This document shows, in pieces, positions 11,801-18,517 of a DNA stretch of 64,000 nucleotides (positions are counted from its first letter, which is position 1; the number at the start of each line of letters is the position of its first letter). The stretch comes from a virus. Lineage: Duplodnaviria; Heunggongvirae; Uroviricota; Caudoviricetes. A program made the translations under genes and the position numbers. The stretch is taken from positions 10,096-74,095 of the IMG/VR virus record IMGVR_UViG_3300017917_002560; one strand, 5' to 3'. The notes beneath the pieces are model-generated. The model ran no database searches. It had not been told where the DNA came from and saw nothing but the letters and a program-made list of their open reading frames with translations.

Positions 11801-12668
11801 CTGGCAAACCTGTCAGGAACGCACCGTTACCCAAAACGTAGGTACCACTGACATTACCAAATGCAAACATTTCTCCGCCAACTGTGACTTGGCCAGTTAC
11901 ACTCATGCCAGCAGTAGACACCACTACTTTGTTTGCGCCAGCTACACCAATATTGACATTACCGTTGGGAGTGGCAATTGCCACGTTGCTGGTGCCGTTG
12001 GTAATAGCGTTACCGCCAACTTCACCTGTGCCTTGAATTGTAAATGTACCACCTTGCTCGTTGGTAATCACAACGGCTGTGGCATTGCTGGTGATGCTGG
12101 CTGTGTTTAAGTAGATTGAGTTACCGCTGAAGTAACCATCACGCCATTTGGCTGTGGGAGATCCTAAATCGTATGTTGAATCTGCCGACGGCAGTAAGTT
12201 GCCGGCAAAAGTTGTTGCAAATCTGCTGAACACTGCTGTGTTGCTGGTGTTCTGGATGTTAATTGTTACGTTACCGCCAGATGTGACTTGTACGTTACTG
12301 GTGCCATTTACTAGATTAGAACTAGGAGCGGCTACTACTCCTGTGAGACCACTGCCGTTACCTACAAAGTACGCGGCATAAACTGTGTCAAATCTTTTAG
12401 CAGGACTACCTAGATCTCGAACAGCATCAATGCTGGGCACAACTGAGCTATTGACTTGAATAACCCCAATACCGTTGGCTGCAATTACAATGTCGCTGTT
12501 TACGCCGTTTACAGTAATTGTGTTATTGGCTATTACAACATTACTGCCCACCGGACCGGCGGTATAAATTTCCGTGAAATTTTCATTTACGGCGTTAAAT
12601 GCGCTTCTTAATTGTTCACCTGTTCCGTCATTGGCTTGTGCGCCAATGTTAATAATTTGTTGTGCCAT
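5862..12668 (-). CDS. Very long tail fibre protein (2268 aa) with a T4 gp9/gp10-like N-terminal anchor motif
   Basis: N-terminal INIGAQANDGTGEQLRSAFNAVNENFTEIY matches the gp9/gp10-type attachment motif. It has dozens of 17-aa GN repeats, and TAAATA lies upstream. Confidence 0.85.
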   Translation of the reverse strand: MAQQIINIGAQANDGTGEQLRSAFNAVNENFTEIYTAGPVGSNVVIANNTITVNGVNSDIVIAANGIGVIQVNSSVVPSIDAVRDLGSPAKRFDTVYAAYFVGNGSGLTGVVAAPSSNLVNGTSNVQVTSGGNVTINIQNTSNTAVFSRFATTFAGNLLPSADSTYDLGSPTAKWRDGYFSGNSIYLNTASITSNATAVVITNEQGGTFTIQGTGEVGGNAITNGTSNVAIATPNGNVNIGVAGANKVVVSTAGMSVTGQVTVGGEMFAFGNVSGTYVLGNGAFLTGLPAQYSNANVQSFLETFTGNIQAGYITALYNTQVNGNASVLGVMSVGANANVGGNLNAVGQVRAGTLSLGGNIVTNANVTGTVRAAGLSTTGNVVGQYILGDGGFLSNVTVSGNINASQLGNGTTVLSITGVNGNISGIISGVGNILDATPLGINTSGNLTAVGNITGGNVNTVGVVSAGGNIRGGNVVAVNTVTGGNISTAGNVTGANIVGTVLVRGTTVSADGNVVGGNLQTSGTISATGNITGGNVAGTNITGTALSVTANVDSGNLRTSGVISATGTATVGGLSTGGTVSATGTVTGGNVATGGTVSATGNILGGNVSSAGQIVATDTITGGNVLSNGVVSAAGNLIGNNVNVTNGVSTATVTASGNIAGGNVNTAGVVSAVGNIRGGNINTAGNVEANNVNTTGAITAIGNITAINGIFIGNGAGLTGVVASSNVGAAIKIAQGTTELNIPLADGNIVGNISGVPGVITMYPGGLTVAGTITGDDIVVNNTLSAVRFEGDLVGSVFADDSTLIVDAVSNEIFTNNATVSGIVQAGTINSTGSISAVANVTSANVNATNIIATTYTGGSITTTGNVVGGNINTAGLASVSGNVIGGNINTAGEVLATGNVIGGNINTAGLASVSGNVIGGNLTTAGTVTATGNVIGGNINTAGEVTAGGNVIATATIFGANANITNTVTATEFRGDLVGSVFADDSTLIVDAVDNRLFASQADISGNVTATNVNATNLSLSGNIISPINTTSAITTSGNISGGNINTAGIVSATGDIQSGNSISATAQVSAVTLTASGNVIGGNINTAGTVSALGNVVGGNINTAGVMTALRFVGDLEGSVFADDSSLLLDGIDQALTVQTATVAGNIQGGNLLTAGVVSALGNVTGGNLVTSAEVTAGGNVTGGNIVTGGLITATGTITSGANIIGGNVTTTGQVSATGNITGGNVLTTDVSATGVVSASGNVRGANFNTAGLVTATGNITGGNLNAVGLSLSGNVVSPLNITGNVTGGNVLTPGEITAVGNISASYYIGNGSLLTGVQATGIGTLASLSVTGNITTGNINSLGAVSAVANVIGGNVNTTGEITAGTMTTTGNVIVGGDLIVNGNTSYININSLHVEDPIIGIGRGPNNAPLITNDGKDRGEQLWYYDGAEKSAFIGYDNGANSIIAAIDVSIANDIVTVNQYGTFVVGTLNSSVVSVSGNVTGGNIVTGGAVSATGVISATANVVGGNINTAGLVSATANVVGGNLTTAGEVSATGNLVGGNVNTAGLVSATGNLVGGNITTAGNVDATAVNVTTLSATANVVGGNINTAGLITATGTITSAANVTGGNITTAGAVSAAGNITAGNVINNGDLLNTGNIAGGNIATTGIVSAVGNIFGGNLNAVGLSLSGNVVSSLNVTGAVAASGITTPGTVVATGNITGGNLNAVGLSLSGNVVSAFNVTGNIAGGNILSPGLISVAGNVDSGNLNTGIVAASTVSATGNVVGGNVVTVGLITATGSITGANITGANLLSTGQVSATGNLVGGNINTGGAVSATGTATVGGLSTAGAVSATGNIIGGNVNTAGLVSAIGNVVGGNINTSGLLSVVGLIDAGGNISGGNIGTGGLITATGNITGGNLISTTQISSAGNIISATNVIAQNFIGNITGNITLGAGSNTRVLYNNNGIIGQSGGFTFDQTTNALSITGTFATNGATANINVGGAISAAGNIATNTGNISGGNILSGAQISGIGNVTGGNINTGGIVSATGNITTNTGNVSGGNVVASGQVIATANISGGNVNSSGKVAALGDVSGANIITGGLISATGNIIGGNVSTAGLITANGNVTGANFDTPGIISATGNITGGNVSTGAVTATGNVTSTANVAGGNVIGTNGVYGPIFTTLIDSGDSSAITVTPDVIMSASLTVQNDVFVEDLVSTRDLDVTGRIQAASILGTSANITALTAGNITATGNITGNNIVASSTINIAGAQVATVADAVALAIALG

Positions 12669-12730
12669 AGATAATCTCGGTCCTCTGGTGTATTTACCAA
12701 AAACCTACGATTGCTTTTTACGGAAAACTG

Positions 12731-14629
12731 TTAAGCTGTTCTAGTGTAAACCAGGTATGAACCACTGCTAGCGGTTACATTAGCAATGGATGTTTGGAAA
12801 CTCAAGCTCACAGTAGTGTTGGCTGTGTGACTGAAAAGTCCTGTAACCCGCAGAGTTCTAGCATCTGTACCAGTGCTGTTGTAAGTGGTAGAGACGTTGT
12901 CGCTTGTGGTTTTTGTTGCTATGTTCAATGCTGAAGTTGCCGTGGTTTGAATTTCTGTTGTGTACACACAATCTCCAGCTGGGAAGTTTACTGCGGGGGC
13001 CACTGCGGTTGATCCGCTGGGAATTAGAACAACATACGCTTGAAACTTATATACCTGATTGGCCAATGCAATAAACTGCAAAGAGCCAATGGGCTCAGGG
13101 GTAGCCAAACTTAGTTCATAATCTGTTGTTTGTAACACAAGATTATCAACGTTGATGCCCGGGCCACCAAACGACTGTCTGATTGATACGTTTCCGGCTG
13201 TGATATTGCCGGTTGTATTAATGTTGCTTATAGAATTGATGTCACTGAGTACGTTGCCAGTCAAACTTAAATTTGTAGTGTTAACGTTACCGCCAGAAAT
13301 GTTGGCAGTTGTGGTAATGGTACCCACGGTGTTAACAGCACCCAAAATGTTACCAGTCAAACTCAAAATACCAGTATTGACATTGCCACCAGTGATGTTG
13401 CCGGTGGCGCTGATTAGCCCGGCTGTTGTAACGTTAGCTCCGGTGATGTTGCCAGTTACTGCTAGGGCGCCAGTGATGTTTGCGCCGGCTGTTGTGGCTA
13501 CAACAGCGTTAACGCCGTTTGGTGCCAACGACACATTGCCTGATGCGGCTGTAATAATGCTTATAGCGCCAGTGTCAACAATGTTACCGCCAAGATTGAT
13601 ATTATCAACAGTTAAATTACCCACAGTACTAAAGCCTGTGGCTGCAATAATACTATCGCCCAATACGTTACCGGTAGCAGAAATTCTAGTATCAATGTTT
13701 AAGTTACCACCAGTGATGTTGCCCACTGTGCTGATACCAGCTGTGCCTGCACCCAAAAAGCCACCAGAAATAATGTTTCCGCCGTTGATGTTACCTGTAG
13801 CGGTAATTAATCCGCCAGTGATAACATTGCCGCCTGTAACGTTGGCAGTGGCACTGACTTGGCCAGCAGTAATTAAGTTTCCACCTGTGATATTGCCTAC
13901 TGCGGTAAATGTTGAACTGCCATACATTGTGCCTTGCACTGTGAACAAATGCACCGGAGCGGTGTTGCCAACCCCAACATTACCAGTACTCAATACAGTA
14001 ACTTTGGTTGTGGCCGCGGCACCAGCAGTTGATGTTAGAATTTGAACACTGGCATTACCCAGTGTACTTGATGCAACAGTTCTGACAGCGGCAGTTACTC
14101 TAGGGCCGCCGCCAACTGAGTTATTGGTAAACCACTCAACTGCACCCAATACTTGCCCATCGGCGACGCTGACATCAGTGTCAGTGAATCTAATAGTGGG
14201 CTGGGCAGTGCTGGCATCTCTAGAGATCCAAACGTTGCCAGCTGTGTTAATATTAGCGCCAGAAATATTACCAGTTGCTGTAATAAGCCCAGCAGTGTTG
14301 ACGTTGGCTCCTGTAAGGTTGCCAGTGGCTGTAATATAACCTGTGACATTTGCGCCAGCTGTGCTGAACACTGCTATGTCAGGAGTTCCGTTTATGTTGA
14401 TGTTGACATTACTACCCGGTGAAGGGATTGTAACGCTGGTAGTTCCGTTAAAGATGTTATCAGCCGCAATATTACCAGTCAGGCTAGCATTGCCAGTGAC
14501 TGTAAGATCGCCATCAATAACGAACGAGTTGACGTCCACGGTCATGTTTGTTGTTAATATTTCAACAACATCTCCCGTGTTTATTGTTTTGATTACATAA
14601 TCACCGCTGATACGCTTAACAGTTGCCAT
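12731..14629 (-). CDS. Tail fibre/appendage protein (632 aa)
   Basis: Same GNITGGN repeats plus a GNVGVGNTAP fibre-type motif; TAAATA and SD AAGGA upstream. Confidence 0.75.
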   Translation of the reverse strand: MATVKRISGDYVIKTINTGDVVEILTTNMTVDVNSFVIDGDLTVTGNASLTGNIAADNIFNGTTSVTIPSPGSNVNININGTPDIAVFSTAGANVTGYITATGNLTGANVNTAGLITATGNISGANINTAGNVWISRDASTAQPTIRFTDTDVSVADGQVLGAVEWFTNNSVGGGPRVTAAVRTVASSTLGNASVQILTSTAGAAATTKVTVLSTGNVGVGNTAPVHLFTVQGTMYGSSTFTAVGNITGGNLITAGQVSATANVTGGNVITGGLITATGNINGGNIISGGFLGAGTAGISTVGNITGGNLNIDTRISATGNVLGDSIIAATGFSTVGNLTVDNINLGGNIVDTGAISIITAASGNVSLAPNGVNAVVATTAGANITGALAVTGNITGANVTTAGLISATGNITGGNVNTGILSLTGNILGAVNTVGTITTTANISGGNVNTTNLSLTGNVLSDINSISNINTTGNITAGNVSIRQSFGGPGINVDNLVLQTTDYELSLATPEPIGSLQFIALANQVYKFQAYVVLIPSGSTAVAPAVNFPAGDCVYTTEIQTTATSALNIATKTTSDNVSTTYNSTGTDARTLRVTGLFSHTANTTVSLSFQTSIANVTASSGSYLVYTRTA

Positions 14630-15217
14630 TTAGAGATCCTTTGTGTTATTTATGCGGTCTAAGAACTCTGTCATGGGCATGTGTGCCATGTTGGGAATTT
14701 TTCTGAACTCTGCTATTTCAGCTGTAGTCGATCCCATTACACGAAAAAACGTAGTGTTAGGAAATGTTTTTGCAATCTGCTGAATTTGCCTCATCCAGTT
14801 TCCGCTAAAAGTAGGCCGAGCCGAGCTCTTTTTGTAAAATTCAGTGTCTGCGTAAATGTTATTGAATTTGTCCCCAGGTAGTGGCCCAAGATCAAACCCC
14901 AACATATAAACATATAAATTGCCGTCTTGCGCCGCAATTGCTGTTGCCACAGGCCCTGAACTAAACCCATACCACTCTTGAGGTATTTTGAGCGCACCCA
15001 TGCCAGGAACAGGCTTTCTGGTGTACATTCTGGTTTGCATTTGCACACCTTCTTCTTGTATTCTTGTGGCAATGGGCCGGTCTGTACTAACCAACACTGT
15101 GGGCACAAATTCTCTATACAGTGCATTGCACCCATAGATGGGCCCAAACTCTCGAAGTTGGTGTAAGTTTACTGCTTGGCGACTAACGCCATTTCCAAGT
15201 ACAAATGCTCTAGTCAT
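14630..15217 (-). CDS. DUF115/MptE-like (glycosylation-associated) protein (195 aa)
   Basis: N-terminal AFVLGNGVSR...YGCNALYR...VLVSTD and later YMLGFD motifs, characteristic of DUF115/Maf-like Rossmann-type proteins. Confidence 0.55.
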   Translation of the reverse strand: MTRAFVLGNGVSRQAVNLHQLREFGPIYGCNALYREFVPTVLVSTDRPIATRIQEEGVQMQTRMYTRKPVPGMGALKIPQEWYGFSSGPVATAIAAQDGNLYVYMLGFDLGPLPGDKFNNIYADTEFYKKSSARPTFSGNWMRQIQQIAKTFPNTTFFRVMGSTTAEIAEFRKIPNMAHMPMTEFLDRINNTKDL

Positions 15218-15223
15218 AAAAAA

Positions 15224-15248
15224 TCCTCCCAGTATGTAGCTGGGAGGA
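15224..15248 (-). terminator. Intrinsic-terminator-like hairpin overlapping the SD of the downstream gene
   Basis: On the minus strand: TCCTCCCAG-CTACATA-CTGGGAGGA followed by TTTTTT and then ATG. Confidence 0.6.
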
Positions 15249-15265
15249 CCTTGTGCAGTTACAAA

Positions 15266-16027
15266 TTAAGATGTAACGTTGTCTACGATACCCAAATTGA
15301 TACCAGTTTGAGCTGTACCTGACTTGATCACAGTGCCTTCGTCTGTGAAGAAGTTGGCAACATAACGAACATCGTTTGTTACTTCGGCTTGTGTAAAGCC
15401 GTTACCACCAGTAAAGTCAAGCAAGAACTTGTTGGTCAACTTGCTGAGTGGAGTAGCTGTACTGTCGCCAGTTGATTCAGTGAATGTAATAGCCATCAAG
15501 CCCGCCGCTGGAGTTACGTCATTGTCTAGTACACATACGCCAACTGAATTAGCAACACCGTCACCGGCACCGCCAACTGAAGTAGCTGTAAACACATCAC
15601 CAACACCAGCACTTGCGGGTGCGCCAGCCAATGTCCAGTTGGTTGTTGTGCCTAGAGTAGCAATTTGATATGCTTGACCAACCACAAAGCTGCCGTCGTT
15701 GACACCAGTGGTATCGCCCACTAGATACTTACGTGACCCTTTCTGACGGATGATATATCCGGCAGCAACACCAATGCCTGTGCCGTCGGATGCGGCAATG
15801 TTAACAATTACATCAATTCTTGGATTTGTTGCAGTAGGTGCGTCTGTAGGTGCCGCTCCACCAACTACACCTAGGTACTGAGTACCACTTAGTGTGTCAG
15901 CAGTGTTGACCACAGGGTTGGTCAAACTAGCAAAGTTTGGAAAACCTAAGTCAATACCTACGGCTGCGCCAGGTGAACCTTGGCCAGAATTAGCTGAATA
16001 TTTTTGAATTTTGAGAGGACGTCCCAT
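15266..16027 (-). CDS. Conserved virion structural protein (~253 aa; start moved to MGRPLKIQK)
   Basis: SD AGGAGA precedes the ATG at 16027. Gly/Ala/Thr-rich; late promoter upstream and terminator downstream. Confidence 0.65.
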   Translation of the reverse strand: MGRPLKIQKYSANSGQGSPGAAVGIDLGFPNFASLTNPVVNTADTLSGTQYLGVVGGAAPTDAPTATNPRIDVIVNIAASDGTGIGVAAGYIIRQKGSRKYLVGDTTGVNDGSFVVGQAYQIATLGTTTNWTLAGAPASAGVGDVFTATSVGGAGDGVANSVGVCVLDNDVTPAAGLMAITFTESTGDSTATPLSKLTNKFLLDFTGGNGFTQAEVTNDVRYVANFFTDEGTVIKSGTAQTGINLGIVDNVTS

Positions 16028-16112
16028 TTTGTTTTCTCCTTTAAAGAAGCCCAATGCGGGTTCTAGCCGCTACGCGGTGGGTTTTAAGCTCCGCATAAAA
16101 CGCATTATTGCG

Positions 16113-16141
16113 TTGACTTGTATTTATGGAAAATGTACAAT
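16113..16141 (+). promoter_or_regulatory. sigma70-type promoter overlapping a divergent late promoter
   Basis: TTGACT-17 nt-TACAAT on plus; TAAATA on minus at 16121-16126 sits inside the spacer. Confidence 0.55.
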
Positions 16142-16168
16142 AGTGTTTCGCAACCATTAAATATTGTC

Positions 16169-17317
16169 ATGAACTCAGACTTTTTAGTTGCACAAGGCAA
16201 CGATCATCGTGCCAATCGTAGATATCCTGAAGCTTTGCAATGCTATGCGTTGGCTTTTTCGCAAGATCATAACTCCGGCGCCGCCTTTAACAATTACGGC
16301 AATGTGCTGAGAGAAATGGGATTTCCAGATCGAGCTGTGCCGTTTTTACAGCATGCCGCTATCATTGATCCCACCAGCATTACAGCAAAATTTAACTTGG
16401 CTGTGAGCTATCTGCTCATGGGCGACTATCAACGTGGTTGGCCAGCATACGAATCCCGATGGAATTACGAGCATTTGGCTGGTACAGAACCACAGTTTCC
16501 TCAACCACGTTGGCGCGGCGAAAGTTTGCAGGGCAAAACTATTCTTGTTGTAGGCGAGCAAGGACACGGGGACAATATTCAGTTTGTGCGTTTCATTTAT
16601 AACTTGCATGTACTAGGTGCCAAGGTCAAACTTCAAGTCACTGATGGATTGGTACCACTGCTAAAGCATAGTCCCATCATGGAACGTGTGGGCACTTACA
16701 CTGACGACATGGGCGAGTTTGACTACTGGGTACCTATTATGAGTATCCCCGGTATCCTAGGTGTTACTATCGAAAACTTACCACGTCCAGTTAACTATCT
16801 AAATGCCGATGCTGGACTAGTGCAAGCTTGGCAACAACGTTTAGGGCCAAAGACTCGCATGCGTGTGGGCTTGAGTTGGAGTGGACGTAGAGACTCATGG
16901 TTGAATCAACACAAGGGCATGCCGTTTGATGTTGTGTGCCAAATGATTGCAGACAACCCACAATACGAGTGGATTAATTTACAAATTGATGCCACACCCG
17001 AAGAAGAAGCCGAGCTAGCTCGTTTGGGGGTTAGTATGTTTCCCAACAGTATTGCCAGCTTTGCCGAAACAGCCGCATTGATGATGCACATGGATGTGGT
17101 TATCTCTGTTGATACTGCTGTAGCACACCTTAGCGGTGCGTTGGGCAGACCAACATGGGTTCTGTTACAAAAGTTTTCCACAGATTGGCGTTGGTTACTC
17201 AACCGTGATGACAGCCCTTGGTACAGCACTGCCAGACTGTTTAGACAGCCAGACTTTGATGATTGGACAAGTGTTACCAAACGTGTTGGCCAATTTCTGT
17301 CGTGGTTTAAAGTTTAA
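16169..17317 (+). CDS. TPR-repeat glycosyltransferase (GT-B, GT9-like C-terminal domain)
   Basis: TPR motifs (AFNNYGNVLREMG, AKFNLAVSYLLMGDYQRGW) followed by GEQGHGDNIQFVRF and DVVISVDTAVAHLSGALG. Start placed at the ATG 16169, just after a TAAATA. Confidence 0.8.
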   Translation: MNSDFLVAQGNDHRANRRYPEALQCYALAFSQDHNSGAAFNNYGNVLREMGFPDRAVPFLQHAAIIDPTSITAKFNLAVSYLLMGDYQRGWPAYESRWNYEHLAGTEPQFPQPRWRGESLQGKTILVVGEQGHGDNIQFVRFIYNLHVLGAKVKLQVTDGLVPLLKHSPIMERVGTYTDDMGEFDYWVPIMSIPGILGVTIENLPRPVNYLNADAGLVQAWQQRLGPKTRMRVGLSWSGRRDSWLNQHKGMPFDVVCQMIADNPQYEWINLQIDATPEEEAELARLGVSMFPNSIASFAETAALMMHMDVVISVDTAVAHLSGALGRPTWVLLQKFSTDWRWLLNRDDSPWYSTARLFRQPDFDDWTSVTKRVGQFLSWFKV

Positions 17318-17335
17318 GTCGTATAATACAAACAT

Positions 17336-17409
17336 GCGCTAGGCCCGTATGGTACGGGAGAAGCCTCTAAAACTTCCGATAGTGGGTTCGATTCCCATCT
17401 AGCGCACCA
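17336..17409 (+). tRNA. tRNA with CUA anticodon (amber suppressor)
   Basis: Acceptor stem GCGCTAG/CTAGCGC, A73 and encoded CCA. D arm CCCGT-ATGGT-ACGGG. Anticodon arm GAAGC-CTCTAAA-ACTTC (C31-A39 mismatch). T arm GTGGG-TTCGATT-CCCAT. TATAAT lies at 17322-17327. Confidence 0.88.
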
Positions 17410-17615
17410 AGGCAGCGGTTTCTTTTTTTAAGTTGAATCCAGTATGAGTTGCACGGTAAGCTAGATAAATCCGTGGGCAGGCAATAGTATCAAAATGTAA
17501 CTTAAATGACAGCCAGGAAAGACTGGCACTAATAAATAAATTTGTAGGATGGTCCTACAAACCAACACTCTTTAAAAGATAGGTGTTTAGAGTGTACACC
17601 GTAAAAGGAGAAATC

Positions 17616-18359
17616 ATGATGTATGAATCAAAAATGGTCGCCGCCATTAAAGTAAACGGCAAAGTCCTACGTGAATTCAAGGACACAGTGCATATTCCAT
17701 TCTCTAGCGAATATAGCATTTTACTAAAAAACCTCAACACACAACGAGCAGTAGTCAATGTTTTCATTGATGGCGAAAACATAGTACCCAACGGCCTAGT
17801 GCTCAATGCTGGACAAGAAATTGATCTTGAACGATCAATCAAAAACGGTAACTTAACCGAGGGCAATCGTTTTAAGTTTATTGAACGCACTGGCTCTGTA
17901 GAGGCACATCGTGGTGTCAAGCTCGAAGATGGTATTGTACGAGTTGAGTTCCAGTTCGAACAACCACGTCCAATTTGGACCAACATCACATATAGCAACA
18001 ATCAAATTTATCCACAAGGTAGTATCCTGCGTGGTATGAACAACAGTGTTGGCCCAGTTGGTTCAGTGACTTGTTCTGCTACATACGACAGCTATTCTGC
18101 ATCAGCTACATCAGCCGTTGCCAACGACGTTGGCATTACTGTGCCTGGTAGCAAAAGCACTCAGTCTTTTTCAACTACCTATGTTGGCGTCCTAGAATCA
18201 ACTAAGCACACCATGGTGTTTAAACTATTGGGTGGTGAAGCTGTTAAGCAAGCTGTCACTGTCAAGCACAAACCCAAGTGTGTCACATGTGGCAAGCAAA
18301 ATAAAGCAACGGCAAAATTTTGTACAGAATGTGGCACGGCTCTAGAAATTTTTGCTTGA
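17616..18359 (+). CDS. Hypothetical protein with a C-terminal zinc ribbon (CxxC...CxxC)
   Basis: SD AAGGAG before the ATG at 17616; C-terminal KCVTCGKQNKATAKFCTECG. Confidence 0.75.
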   Translation: MMYESKMVAAIKVNGKVLREFKDTVHIPFSSEYSILLKNLNTQRAVVNVFIDGENIVPNGLVLNAGQEIDLERSIKNGNLTEGNRFKFIERTGSVEAHRGVKLEDGIVRVEFQFEQPRPIWTNITYSNNQIYPQGSILRGMNNSVGPVGSVTCSATYDSYSASATSAVANDVGITVPGSKSTQSFSTTYVGVLESTKHTMVFKLLGGEAVKQAVTVKHKPKCVTCGKQNKATAKFCTECGTALEIFA

Positions 18360-18384
18360 CACAGTGCAATCAATCATATATAAT
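18356..18384 (+). promoter_or_regulatory. Perfect-consensus sigma70 (early) promoter
   Basis: TTGACA (18356-18361)-17 nt-TATAAT (18379-18384). Confidence 0.8.
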
Positions 18385-18517
18385 GAGCACATGTTAGTAA
18401 ATTATATCATACTAGTATAGGTCATTAAACACTTATTATCTGCCCGGACTACTCCTCGTCTGACCAGCTTGGATGTCGCGGGCTTTTTCACGACCGTAAC
18501 TTTTAAAGGAGATCAAA

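Noticed and set aside
2131-14600. Many long plus-strand ORFs (MLPPVMLPVA... repeats) in the ORF track
   Set aside because: They are antisense shadows of the GN-repeat fibre genes. The repetitive codons leave the opposite frame stop-free, and they have no SD or promoter support.
17336-17409. tRNA-Pyl identity
   Set aside because: It shares the CUA anticodon and a 5-nt D loop, but has A73 (not G73), a canonical TTCGA T loop and a 5-bp anticodon stem. No pyl genes occur in the window.
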